The notes under the pieces were generated by a model. The model did no database searches. It had not been told where the DNA came from and saw nothing but the letters and a program-made list of their open reading frames with translations. Below, one piece after another: positions 1 to 9,057 of a stretch of DNA of 64,000 nt (positions within the stretch are counted from its first letter, which is position 1; each line of letters begins with the position of its first letter). Source of the stretch: Methylophaga sp. (GTDB lineage: Bacteria > Pseudomonadota > Gammaproteobacteria > Nitrosococcales > Methylophagaceae). The stretch lies in NCBI GenBank assembly GCA_026988435.1, contig JALSLH010000005.1, positions 22,831 through 86,830 on the forward strand, read 5' to 3'. A program made the translations under genes and the position numbers.

Positions 1-863
1 CTTAATGCCGGTACCATCTTGCGTAACACCTTCATTCGTAACCGCTGAATCGGATTGCGTGCACCCAACCAACGATAATGATTTTTATAATGGCGGGCAT
101 AGGGATCAAATTGTTGAAAATGTGGAATAGCTTTAACCGGACGACGCTTCAACACCCAATTAATAACCTCTGTCGCCACCATGCCTGCTCCAATATTACA
201 AGCCATACCCACTGAAGGCGCGCCGCCTGTTGTTGGGTCTATTTTTGTGACATCCATATATTTCAAATGTGGCCCTACTCCGCCAATACCCGCCAAAAAA
301 TGCAATACCAGTTCATTATTTGACATACCATCATTAAAACCAAAAAAAGTATCGCAATCCATTCCATCAGGTGCAAAGAAAAAGGCGGCTGCACTAAACC
401 CTATTGGCGCAGTGAATAAAACGGGGATACCCAGCTCTTTTGCGCGACGATATATTAACCTACGCGCATCCATTGCAAACACATCTAAGGCATCAATCAC
501 CATATCAACATCAGCTAAAAATTCATCCACATTTTCTGCACCAATCGCCACATCAAATACGCGAACATCCGCACCGGGATTAATGTCTTTAACTTTCTCA
601 GCCATTACTGAAGCTTTTAACTTGCCAACTGTGCTTGCCATTGCTCCAAATTGGCGATTGATATTGTGCACATCAAACTCATCAAAGTCTGCCACGGTAA
701 ATTTGCCAATTCCCGTTCTAGCCAATGTAGCAGCATGCGTTCCACCCATGCCGCCCATACCCGGAATAGCCACTCGTGTGTGTTTGAGCTTTTGTTGCTC
801 TTCTTCGCTTATTAAGCCACGGTTGCGGCTAAATGCACGATTATAAAATTCATCTAAATCCAT
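1..863 (-). CDS. ThiF/HesA/MoeB-family E1-like adenylyltransferase (3' end runs off the window)
   Basis: Absent from the ORF track because it is open at the window edge. My minus-strand translation from the ATG at 863-861 reads MDLDEFYNRAFSRNRGLISEEEQQKLKHTRVAIPGMGGMGGTHAATLARTGIGKFTVADFDEFDVHNINRQ... The glycine-rich loop GMGGMGG followed by DFD..NxNRQ is the ThiF/MoeB nucleotide-binding signature. The + strand ORF 181..846 is its antisense shadow. Confidence 0.8.
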   Translation of the reverse strand, partial: MDLDEFYNRAFSRNRGLISEEEQQKLKHTRVAIPGMGGMGGTHAATLARTGIGKFTVADFDEFDVHNINRQFGAMASTVGKLKASVMAEKVKDINPGADVRVFDVAIGAENVDEFLADVDMVIDALDVFAMDARRLIYRRAKELGIPVLFTAPIGFSAAAFFFAPDGMDCDTFFGFNDGMSNNELVLHFLAGIGGVGPHLKYMDVTKIDPTTGGAPSVGMACNIGAGMVATEVINWVLKRRPVKAIPHFQQFDPYARHYKNHYRWLGARNPIQRLRMKVLRKMVPAL

Positions 864-913
864 AATGTTCTCTTTGTTAATTTATCCATCCATGGTGAAT
901 GACAATCTTGCTT

Positions 914-1086
914 TCCGTTCGTGGTGAGCCAGTCGAACCATCCCTCATCCTTCGACAAGCTCAGGACGAACGGAGCTAAGCTCTATCTAGTCATTTACCC
1001 TTCGGTTACTTCATTTCGGTGGCTTTTAAGCCGGAATCCACATTGAAAACGAACTAGCTCCCCGATAAAAGATCTCGAGGATGACG
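914..1086. repeat. Cluster of short palindromic (REP/MITE-like) modules
   Basis: 914-973 is a long hairpin, ccgttcgtggtgagccagtcgaacc...ttcgacaagctcaggacgaacgg. 1021-1039 is a half copy of the ccggaat module. 1060-1086, ccccgataaaagatctcgaggatgacg, is the reverse complement of the module also seen at 25672, 37221 and 43347. Confidence 0.75.
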
Positions 1087-1200
1087 TGTTTACCTTAAAT
1101 TTGGAATCTTCCATTTAACACCCCGCTTGTTCCAACATGCTTTTTAGCCGAAACCTTCCTTTTTAGTCATCTTTGCTTTAAGACCAAAAAATATTCAAAG

Positions 1201-1598
1201 CTCATGCCGTCAGCCGAAAAAATCATAAAAACTATTATCAGTGTTGCTCATACAGGGCGGGATCATGGTCGTTTAACACAACGCCATTATAGCCTATTGC
1301 CTATTACAGAATGGTTAATGGACTGATAGTCATGCTGTTATCGAAGTCACACGTTGTCGTGAAACAAAAGGAAAAACAGCACAAGAAACAGCCTATTTAT
1401 ATGGCCTCTTCAACGGATGACATCACGAGATTGGCAGAAGTGATCCGCAATCACTGGTCAATAGAGAACAGTCAACACTGGATCTTAGACATGGCATTTA
1501 GAGAAGATGGCACCAACAACATGGCTCTATTTAGACGCGCTTTACTTAATTTAGTTAAGCAACATGGGTATAAAAGCAAAGCCATTTACACAGAATAG
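1201..1598 (+). pseudogene. ISAs1-family (H-repeat-associated) transposase, C-terminal remnant, frameshifted
   Basis: ORF 1311..1598 contains IRNHWSIENSQHWILDMAFREDGTNNMALFRRALLNLVKQ, the conserved ISAs1 C-terminus. Another frame upstream (1201-1326) reads HTGRDHGRLTQRHYSLLPITEW, matching the GHGRIExRxY block. There is no N-terminal half, no DDE core and no IS ends. Confidence 0.7.
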
Positions 1599-1633
1599 TG
1601 TAAATGGCTTCGTTTTAAAATTTACAGTGTTAA

Positions 1634-3883
1634 TTAAAACTTAACGCTAGCTGTTATCCCATATGTGCGCTCTATTGGTGCTTGAATTAAACCCTGAAAA
1701 CCCACTGCAGGGTTGGCAGGGTTAGGTACAGGAACACCACCAATGCTTTCATCATTATCAAATAAATTGTTTACCCAGAAAGTGACTTTATAGGTGTCAC
1801 TCTCCAAGCCTGAACGTAAATTTACAATTGTTCTATCGGGTAAAACACCTATTTTATCAACAGCATGAACTGCCTGTTCCGATTGATACATTATGTCTAA
1901 TCGTGTTTTCCAATCAAAATTATCAAGCACTGAAGGTTGCACATATTGAGTAGAAGCATTTGCTGTCCATTTGGAAACAAACTGCATATCATTACCATCT
2001 AATTTTGGATTTAAACCAAACAAGGCCAATGCAGGAAAGGTATATTTATCATAGCGTGCATCGGTATACGCCAGCCCCGCTGATAGATCCCAGTTTTTGG
2101 CCGGTTTAGCTGCAACTTCAAACTCAAAGCCTCGTGATGACGATTCACCTGCATTTTGATTAAGTATTGCCCTGCCTGTAGCCCCGCCCAAGGCACGAAC
2201 AATTTGATCTTTCCACTTGATATAAAAAACAGCCAGATTGGTAGTAACCCGATTATCCAGCCAAGCACTTTTTACACCGATTTCATAATTCATGCTTCTT
2301 TCTTCGTCATAAGCTCGCTCGCTCGGTTTCGGCGCTTCTGTACCCGCTGCGGAGATAGGCGTATTAAACCCGCCAGCTTTAACTGCTTTCGCCACGCTAG
2401 CATAAACCATAGCATCATCACTGATTTGATAATCTAGAGCAATTTTAGGGGTGAAATTATTAAACGAACGACTTTCATTAAAACTGTTTGCACCTGCAAT
2501 CACTTTGGCCTGTTTACGCTCATAGGAGTAACGACCTGACAAGGTCAGTGCCAATTGATCCGTTAAATCAAAGCCAAGCGAACCAAAGCCTGCCCAGTTA
2601 CGTGTATTTTCATCAGAAATGGAACTGCTGCTTAAGGCTGGAAAAGGAAAGCCTCCTAGCGCAATTGTAGCAAAAGGTTCTGGCAAGGTGCCACCAATAT
2701 GATTGATTTTCTGTTTTTTATCCATATCATAAAAATACAGTCCCGCCATCCAGCGAATGGGTTGATCGATTGAGGTTAAGCGAAACTCCTGACTAAACTC
2801 ATCCTGATCGGTTTTTGTGGTGCTGTATTGCACATCAGCAGCACTATAATCGGTATCTCTAGCCTCATCCAGCTTCAAATTGTTGTAACCAGTAATAGAA
2901 GTAAGCGTCACCGTATCAAGATCCCAATCCAGTCTAAATGAGGAATTAACATTATCGCGCTCAGTATGACCAGATGTTACAGCAAAATCATTAATCAACG
3001 CCGCATCACCAGTAAAAATCTGTTGCTGTAATGGGTGGCCAAGCCCAGCCAGACCTAAAAGCAATGGGTGTGTAATCGGTAAAGGCCCAAATGCATTATT
3101 ATCAAGAAACTGTACCGCATCATCACCATCATTGGTATTTTCAACATTAATCCTGAACGTCATTTCCAAATCATCAGTTGGTATAGCCAGCAAACTCATA
3201 GAATAAATATTGCTTTGCTTGTCGTCCAAATCCCCACCGGTCTTATTATTGGTATAAAAACCATCGAATCCTGAGTGCATGGCTCCCACCCGGTAAAACA
3301 AGGTATCTTCTGTTATTGCACCACTATATGATACGCGGACATCTTTGCGGCCCTTATTGCCCAGTGTCGCCTCCAAGATTCCTTCACCGTCATTACCCGG
3401 TTTTTTAGTGACATAATTAATCGCGCCGGAAAAGGTGTTGCGTCCATACAATGCTGATTGCGGGCCTTTTGCCACCTCAATACGCTCAAGTTCATCACCA
3501 AACATGGCATCCATTGCACCACGTGATTCTTGATAAACGCCATCAATAAAAAAGCCTACATTAGGTTCACCAATTGTGGTGCTCATTCCGCGAATAACAG
3601 GATTACCTACATTGCCAAACAGTTGGGTAAAAGTAAACCCTGGAGTCATCATTGCAATATCTTCAATGCTTTGCAGGTCAGCATCTTCAATAAGCTGTGA
3701 TGAAAAGGCGGTGATTGCAATGGGGACTTCTTGTAATGTTTCTTCGCGCTTACGTGTTGTTACAACCATTTCACCTAAACTTAGTGAGTCGGCTCCTGTG
3801 GTGTCGGAATCTTCAGCAAAAACAATTGCTGGCGCTGAAAGTATCTGACAACAAGCCAGACTAATAATGGTGCGTTTAAACAT
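1634..3883 (-). CDS. TonB-dependent outer-membrane receptor
   Basis: Signal peptide MFKRTIISLACCQILSAPAIVFA, plug-domain motifs (EMVVTTRKREETLQEVPIAITAF, IEVAKGPQSALYGRNTFSGAINYV), a long beta-barrel and a C-terminal aromatic residue (ASVKF). I place the start at ATG 3883, which has a GGAGAA RBS, not at the ORF-track start 3985. Confidence 0.9.
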   Translation of the reverse strand: MFKRTIISLACCQILSAPAIVFAEDSDTTGADSLSLGEMVVTTRKREETLQEVPIAITAFSSQLIEDADLQSIEDIAMMTPGFTFTQLFGNVGNPVIRGMSTTIGEPNVGFFIDGVYQESRGAMDAMFGDELERIEVAKGPQSALYGRNTFSGAINYVTKKPGNDGEGILEATLGNKGRKDVRVSYSGAITEDTLFYRVGAMHSGFDGFYTNNKTGGDLDDKQSNIYSMSLLAIPTDDLEMTFRINVENTNDGDDAVQFLDNNAFGPLPITHPLLLGLAGLGHPLQQQIFTGDAALINDFAVTSGHTERDNVNSSFRLDWDLDTVTLTSITGYNNLKLDEARDTDYSAADVQYSTTKTDQDEFSQEFRLTSIDQPIRWMAGLYFYDMDKKQKINHIGGTLPEPFATIALGGFPFPALSSSSISDENTRNWAGFGSLGFDLTDQLALTLSGRYSYERKQAKVIAGANSFNESRSFNNFTPKIALDYQISDDAMVYASVAKAVKAGGFNTPISAAGTEAPKPSERAYDEERSMNYEIGVKSAWLDNRVTTNLAVFYIKWKDQIVRALGGATGRAILNQNAGESSSRGFEFEVAAKPAKNWDLSAGLAYTDARYDKYTFPALALFGLNPKLDGNDMQFVSKWTANASTQYVQPSVLDNFDWKTRLDIMYQSEQAVHAVDKIGVLPDRTIVNLRSGLESDTYKVTFWVNNLFDNDESIGGVPVPNPANPAVGFQGLIQAPIERTYGITASVKF

Positions 3884-4098
3884 GTTGTTATTCTCCATAA
3901 ATATATCGCATGTGTGGTGTAACCACTTACATCTATCGTTGATTAGTGAAAAACTATAGCCGCTAAACTTTTGAAAGGCAAGCATATAACGCCTTGATTT
4001 GAAAGAATGTGTGCTATCTCTTGTTTTTAGATTGTCTATTTACGCTACAATCTGTTTAACTCTTCATCGCTAATAAATAATTATTTAAACCTGAACCA

Positions 4099-5166
4099 GT
4101 GATTACACCTATGAACTATGGAAAATATATAATGACTCAAGGACGATGGTTATTCCTGTTTACAGCTATAGTATTTTTAAATGTTGTTGTTGCAAATGAT
4201 GACGAAACACCAGCTGAGCTGGCTACGCCAGTCTCGAGTACAACATTAGATCAAATTCTGTTTTTCCCTTCCCGTGAAGCACCGGCAACCGTTGTCAGCC
4301 TCAACAACAGTATGATTAGTGCCGAAATCTCAGGTGAAATTCTTGAGCTCTTGGTTCAAACCGGTGACGAAGTAAAAAAAGATGATGTACTTGCTAAAAT
4401 TGATTGCGAAGCGTATGAAATAGCCAAACAACGTGCCAGTTCGGCGCTTAATTCTGGCTATGCACGTAGCAAGTACGCAAAACAACGGCTTAGTGATGCC
4501 GAAAGACTTCGGAACAGCCGAGCAATTTCTTCTGATCAGCTCAATATGCGCAGCTCAGAAGCAGGTGCACTTGCTTCTGAAATTGGTGTGCTTTCAGCAG
4601 ATTTAAAAGAAGCAAAACGTCGCATCACCAAATGCATTGTCACCGCCCCCTTTGATGCCGTTGTGGTCGCTCGCGAAGCGAGTGTCGGCGATTATATCCG
4701 TCCCGGTTCTGTTTTGGTTCGCTTACTAGATCTTAACAACTTAGAAGTGAGCGCTAAAATTCAACAGCAAGACGTAGATAGTCTAAAAATAGCCGGCACC
4801 ATTTCTTTTATTACATCAGGTAAAACCTATTCCGTCACTAACCGCACTGTTGTGCCTTTAGTCGATAGTCGAATTCGTAGTTATGAAGCTCGCCTTAATT
4901 TTAGCAACGATGTCGCAGCTACAGGCTCTGCGGGTCGTTTGAGATGGGAAAGCGATCAGGTTCATATTCCTGCTGATTATTTGGTTGAACGAAATAAACA
5001 GCTAGGCATTTTTATTAATAAAAATGGTTCTGCTTATTTTCATGTGCTCGATACGATGGGCAATGGATTGCCTGCGCCCATTGATTTGCCTGAAAACACT
5101 GAGGTTATAACAACAGGGCGTTATGGCCTTGTTGATGGCCAAGCTATAAAAATAGTTAACCCGTAG
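4099..5166 (+). CDS. Efflux RND periplasmic adaptor (membrane fusion protein, HlyD/AcrA family)
   Basis: N-terminal TM/signal segment, a coiled-coil hairpin region and barrel-sandwich motifs (GDEVKKDDVLAKID, APFDAVVVAREASVGDYI). It sits directly upstream of the RND pump. The start is ambiguous among 4099 GTG, 4111 ATG and 4132 ATG. Confidence 0.8.
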   Translation: MITPMNYGKYIMTQGRWLFLFTAIVFLNVVVANDDETPAELATPVSSTTLDQILFFPSREAPATVVSLNNSMISAEISGEILELLVQTGDEVKKDDVLAKIDCEAYEIAKQRASSALNSGYARSKYAKQRLSDAERLRNSRAISSDQLNMRSSEAGALASEIGVLSADLKEAKRRITKCIVTAPFDAVVVAREASVGDYIRPGSVLVRLLDLNNLEVSAKIQQQDVDSLKIAGTISFITSGKTYSVTNRTVVPLVDSRIRSYEARLNFSNDVAATGSAGRLRWESDQVHIPADYLVERNKQLGIFINKNGSAYFHVLDTMGNGLPAPIDLPENTEVITTGRYGLVDGQAIKIVNP

Positions 5167-5216
5167 GTAGAAGGCCGTGATACATAAAATGACTATTTTC
5201 AGGTTTTCACCCTACC

Positions 5217-5287
5217 GTCACTCCCGTAAATGGTTAGCGGTGGTCTTGCTTGTACCCGGATTCTGGCTTAAAGCCCACCGGAATGAT
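5217..5287. repeat. Composite palindromic module (cgtcactcccg.../...ccggaatgatg) between the MFP and RND genes
   Basis: It has the same architecture as the interiors of the elements at 23128-23200 and 60424-60520: cgtcactcccg..gcgg..cttgcttgtacccggattctggcttaaagcccaccggaatgatg. Confidence 0.7.
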
Positions 5288-5311
5288 GTTGATTTCATTT
5301 GGCTATAAAGT

Positions 5312-8300
5312 ATGTATCGCAAACTTCTCACTAATACGGTTCTAGTTAACCTTACTTTCTTGCTTGTTGTTATCGCAGGCTGGATTAGCTACACCTCGAT
5401 GCCCCGCGAACAAGATCCCGATGTGAATTTTAACTGGGTCGTTATTAGTACTTCTTGGCCGGGTGCAACAGCTGAAGATGTTGAAAATCAAATTACCAAC
5501 CCTATCGAAGATGAGATTGAAAAAATACCTGATGTAAACAGGGTATCAAGTAGTAGCCGTGTTTCATTTTCATTTATTACTGTGCGCTTTGCTGATATGG
5601 AGCCGAGTTTATTTCGTCAGCGTGTCGAAGAAATGCGCCGAGGCATTCAATCTGCCGTTGACAATCTTCCTCCTGATGCAAAACAGCCACTCGTTACTGA
5701 GCTGTCTAGCTCAAACACCTACCCAACCGCCGTTATCACTGTTTCGGGCATCGAAAATGATGAGCTGTTGCGCAAAACATCTCGCAATATTGCAAAAGAT
5801 ATTGCGCGCATAAAAGGTGTTGATCGTGCTGACACGTGGGGTACAGAAGATCCTGAATTACAGGTACATTTCAGTCCCGAAAGTTTAATTGGCTTAGGTG
5901 TATCACCTACTGTTTTGTCTAGCACTGTAAATGCCTACTTTAGAGATCTTACCGCAGGTAGCATTCAACTCGGTGAACAGCAGTGGCGGGTGAGACTCAG
6001 CGGCACAAGCAATGACCCTAGCTATCTTGCTGAACTACCCATTTTAACAGTCGAAGGAGAGCTTCCTCTTCGAAGTGTTGCAACCATTATTCGCGGCCAA
6101 GAAAAGCCCGAACAGCTAGTTTCGTATGACGGGCGCCCAGCCTCGATGATCTCTGTATTTAAGCGAGGCAATGCCAACAGTCTTGCGTTGCTGGAAAACC
6201 TGCAAGCCTATGTCTATGAACGTAATTACACTTTAAATGGTCAAGGGATCCAGCTTGATATTGTTGACGATCAAACAGTAGCAACACGTACCGCTATCGG
6301 CATGATGGAAACAAATGCCGTCATTGGGCTTCTTCTGGTTATGCTGGTAACAGGGTTGTTTTTGGGTTGGAAAATTGCTCTCTTTACAGGTATGGGACTG
6401 ATCTTTTCACTGATGGGATCATTTTGGATTTTATCTGCCATGGGCGAGACTTTAAACATTATGGTCTTGCTGGGTGTCGTCATTGTTTTAGGAATGTTGG
6501 TTGATGATGCTGTGGTGGTGGTTGAGTCTATGTACGTCAATCTCAGAAAAGGCATGTCGAGCACAGAAGCCGCAATGAGCACCGTCAATGAAATGTGGGT
6601 TCCGGTTATGGTGTCATCGCTTACTACCATTGCCGCATTTTTACCGCTTATTCTATTGCCCGGTATTTTGGGACAATTTATGCGAGTAGTGCCCATTGTC
6701 GTTTCTGTTGCCCTAGTGGTAAGCTTGATTGAGGCCTTTTGGTTGCTTCCTTCACATATTATTTTCTCAAATACGGATCCTGCAAAAATCACCTTTATAC
6801 AACGCATGCGTAACCGTGTAACAAACTGGATTCGTCACCGCTATGTAAATGTACTCGTTCCTGTGATGCGATTTCCTAAAACAAGTATCTCTATTGGGGG
6901 CTTATTAAGCTTATTAGCCGTGTTTGCCGTAACAACTAATGTGGTTCGAGTTGACTTTTTTGCTAACGATCCTATTCGCTTGTTTTACCTTAATGTCTAT
7001 ATGCCCGCCGGTAGCTCCCTGAGTAGTACTGATGAAACACTGAAAAATCTTGACCTGAAGATTCGTCATTCAGTTGATGCCAAAGAGCTTCGCTCTATCA
7101 CAACAACGGCAGGAGTCTTGCTCACCGAAACGGAACCTCTATTCGGCGATAGCATGGGACAAATCATGTTTAGCCTACCTGCTAGAACCGCAGGTTTAAT
7201 GTCTGTTGATGAATTAATTGAACAGGTTCGACTTGCCATTCAAGATGTGCCCGGACCAACAGATCTATCCTTCTTGCGTCGCAACACTGGGCCGCCAAGT
7301 GAGAGCCCCATCAGTGTCAAAGTGCGCGGTGATAAAATAGACCAATTACGCCTTGCTACGGCGGCATTAGAAGATATCATGGCAACAATTCCCGGCATCC
7401 AAGATGTTCACAGCGATGATGCCAGCTCAGGTGCACAGCTCACGCTTAAGCTCGATCCTGATGCCATTACTCGGGCTCAACTTAACCCTGCTGATATTGC
7501 AGAAATTTTACGCCTTTATGTTGATGGCTCCATTGTTGCCAATATGCGGTTTGAAGGTGAAAAATGGAACGTCCGCGTGCGGGCAGAACCTCATCCGTTA
7601 CAAGATATAAAATCATTTTTAAGTCACCCTGTAGGCCTAGCGGACGGTAGCGAAATTGCTTTAGAGCAGCTCGTCACTTATTCGTCAGCCTATGCAGAAG
7701 GCACCATACATCATAGAAACTTTAGACGCACCATCACACTAGAAGCCAATCTTGATTCTGAACTTAATAACAGTATTTCTGCAAACGACCAAATTGCCGA
7801 TAAATGGCAAGAAATTGCTGATAAATATCCTGATGTCACATTAGATTTTTCAGGTGAAATGGATGATATAAAGGAAAGCCTAAATGGCATGGCCGTACTG
7901 TTTTTGTTCGGTATAGGTTTAATTTATATGATCCTTGGCACACAATTCAAGAGTTATACCCAGCCTTTACTTATCCTTGCAACCGTTCCTATGGCCTTTA
8001 CTGGCGTTATTATCGGTCTAATTGTAAGCAATAATCCTCTAAGCTTATATACACTATATGGGGTAATTGCACTTGCCGGAATTGTCGCTAATGATGCAAT
8101 TGTTTTGGTCTCTACGGCCAACCGAAACCTTGCCAAAGGCATGTCGCTGGCTCACGCCATTGTCAAGGCATCACAACGCCGTGTAATGCCAATTTTAATC
8201 ACTACCGTCACCACGATGGCCGGCCTATTTTCTTTAGCTTCGGGCTTGGGTGGAAAATCACTGATGTGGGGGCCGTTAGCCACGGCAATCGTTTGGGGTT

Positions 8301-8833
8301 TAGGTTTTGCCACCATTTTAACCTTGTTAATCGTTCCGCCTTTATACGCATTTATTATGCGTAATAAGACAGGCAAAAAAGCAACGCTAGCATCTCCCCC
8401 TCCGCTACCTGACAGCTCTGGTGGTGTCATAGCTTCACTCAACAATCTATCATCATTCTTTAGCCGAGAGCGTCAAATAGATAAGGCGGGCTTAGATGAA
8501 ATAGCATCGCATCCCTCGCTGAAAGTTATTTATGAAATGGCAACAAAAGCCTTTGAAGAGGGTGAAGCTGAGGTTGCTATTCGTCACTTCCAAGCTTTAG
8601 CGAAACATCTGCCGAAAAATTTCACCATTAACTTAATGGCGGCACAATCGATAATGCTCTTTATGCAAAATATTGGTTGGGATATTGGCTATCTTGATCG
8701 TGCTAAACGTTATTTTGCCAAAGCCAGACAAATGCATCCTGATGATGCGCGCGTTGTTCATTTAGCCTCATTAATCAAAGAGCTTGAACCTGATACAGGT
8801 TCTGATATTGACTGGGGGAAACTAGCAAAGTAA
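5312..8833 (+). CDS. RND efflux transporter (AcrB/AcrD/AcrF family) with a ~150-aa C-terminal TPR-like extension
   Basis: 1173 aa with the 12-TM RND layout and two large periplasmic loops. After the last TM segment (about residue 1020) comes a Pro-rich linker (ASPPPLPDSSGG), then a helical repeat region (AFEEGEAEVAIRHFQALAKHLP..., AKRYFAKARQMHPDDARV). Confidence 0.85.
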   Translation: MYRKLLTNTVLVNLTFLLVVIAGWISYTSMPREQDPDVNFNWVVISTSWPGATAEDVENQITNPIEDEIEKIPDVNRVSSSSRVSFSFITVRFADMEPSLFRQRVEEMRRGIQSAVDNLPPDAKQPLVTELSSSNTYPTAVITVSGIENDELLRKTSRNIAKDIARIKGVDRADTWGTEDPELQVHFSPESLIGLGVSPTVLSSTVNAYFRDLTAGSIQLGEQQWRVRLSGTSNDPSYLAELPILTVEGELPLRSVATIIRGQEKPEQLVSYDGRPASMISVFKRGNANSLALLENLQAYVYERNYTLNGQGIQLDIVDDQTVATRTAIGMMETNAVIGLLLVMLVTGLFLGWKIALFTGMGLIFSLMGSFWILSAMGETLNIMVLLGVVIVLGMLVDDAVVVVESMYVNLRKGMSSTEAAMSTVNEMWVPVMVSSLTTIAAFLPLILLPGILGQFMRVVPIVVSVALVVSLIEAFWLLPSHIIFSNTDPAKITFIQRMRNRVTNWIRHRYVNVLVPVMRFPKTSISIGGLLSLLAVFAVTTNVVRVDFFANDPIRLFYLNVYMPAGSSLSSTDETLKNLDLKIRHSVDAKELRSITTTAGVLLTETEPLFGDSMGQIMFSLPARTAGLMSVDELIEQVRLAIQDVPGPTDLSFLRRNTGPPSESPISVKVRGDKIDQLRLATAALEDIMATIPGIQDVHSDDASSGAQLTLKLDPDAITRAQLNPADIAEILRLYVDGSIVANMRFEGEKWNVRVRAEPHPLQDIKSFLSHPVGLADGSEIALEQLVTYSSAYAEGTIHHRNFRRTITLEANLDSELNNSISANDQIADKWQEIADKYPDVTLDFSGEMDDIKESLNGMAVLFLFGIGLIYMILGTQFKSYTQPLLILATVPMAFTGVIIGLIVSNNPLSLYTLYGVIALAGIVANDAIVLVSTANRNLAKGMSLAHAIVKASQRRVMPILITTVTTMAGLFSLASGLGGKSLMWGPLATAIVWGLGFATILTLLIVPPLYAFIMRNKTGKKATLASPPPLPDSSGGVIASLNNLSSFFSRERQIDKAGLDEIASHPSLKVIYEMATKAFEEGEAEVAIRHFQALAKHLPKNFTINLMAAQSIMLFMQNIGWDIGYLDRAKRYFAKARQMHPDDARVVHLASLIKELEPDTGSDIDWGKLAK

Positions 8834-8846
8834 ATTGAGTTAAAAT

Positions 8847-8923
8847 TGGCGGAGCGGACGGGATTCGAACCCGCGACCTCCGGCGTGACAGGCCAGCATT
8901 CTAACCAGCTGAACTACCGCTCC
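8847..8923 (-). tRNA. tRNA-Asp (anticodon GUC)
   Basis: The reverse complement is GGAGCGGTAGTTCAGCTGGTTAGAATGCTGGCCTGTCACGCCGGAGGTCGCGGGTTCGAATCCCGTCCGCTCCGCCA. It has a cloverleaf, a CTGTCAC anticodon loop, a GGTTCGAATCC T-arm and an encoded CCA. It is near-identical in layout to E. coli tRNA-Asp. Confidence 0.95.
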
Positions 8924-9057
8924 ACACCTCTTTGAGCAAGCTTATTGCTAAACCGGAAACTCAAAGAAGCGGCAAGAATACAGCATATTTTGCAAAGGTG
9001 TTAGCGTTATTTTCATAATAATAATGGATCTTGAAATAACCACACTAAAAGAGCTGA

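Noticed and set aside
181-846. 221-aa + strand ORF in the supplied track
   Set aside because: The translation is low in complexity (runs of S, A, P, T, I) with no motifs. It lies exactly antisense to a well-supported ThiF-family reading frame, so it is a shadow ORF.
6271-6807. 178-aa minus-strand ORF inside the RND pump gene
   Set aside because: It is antisense to a strongly supported 12-TM transporter frame. It has no RBS and no recognisable motif. The other short ORFs nested in 5559-8445 are rejected for the same reason.
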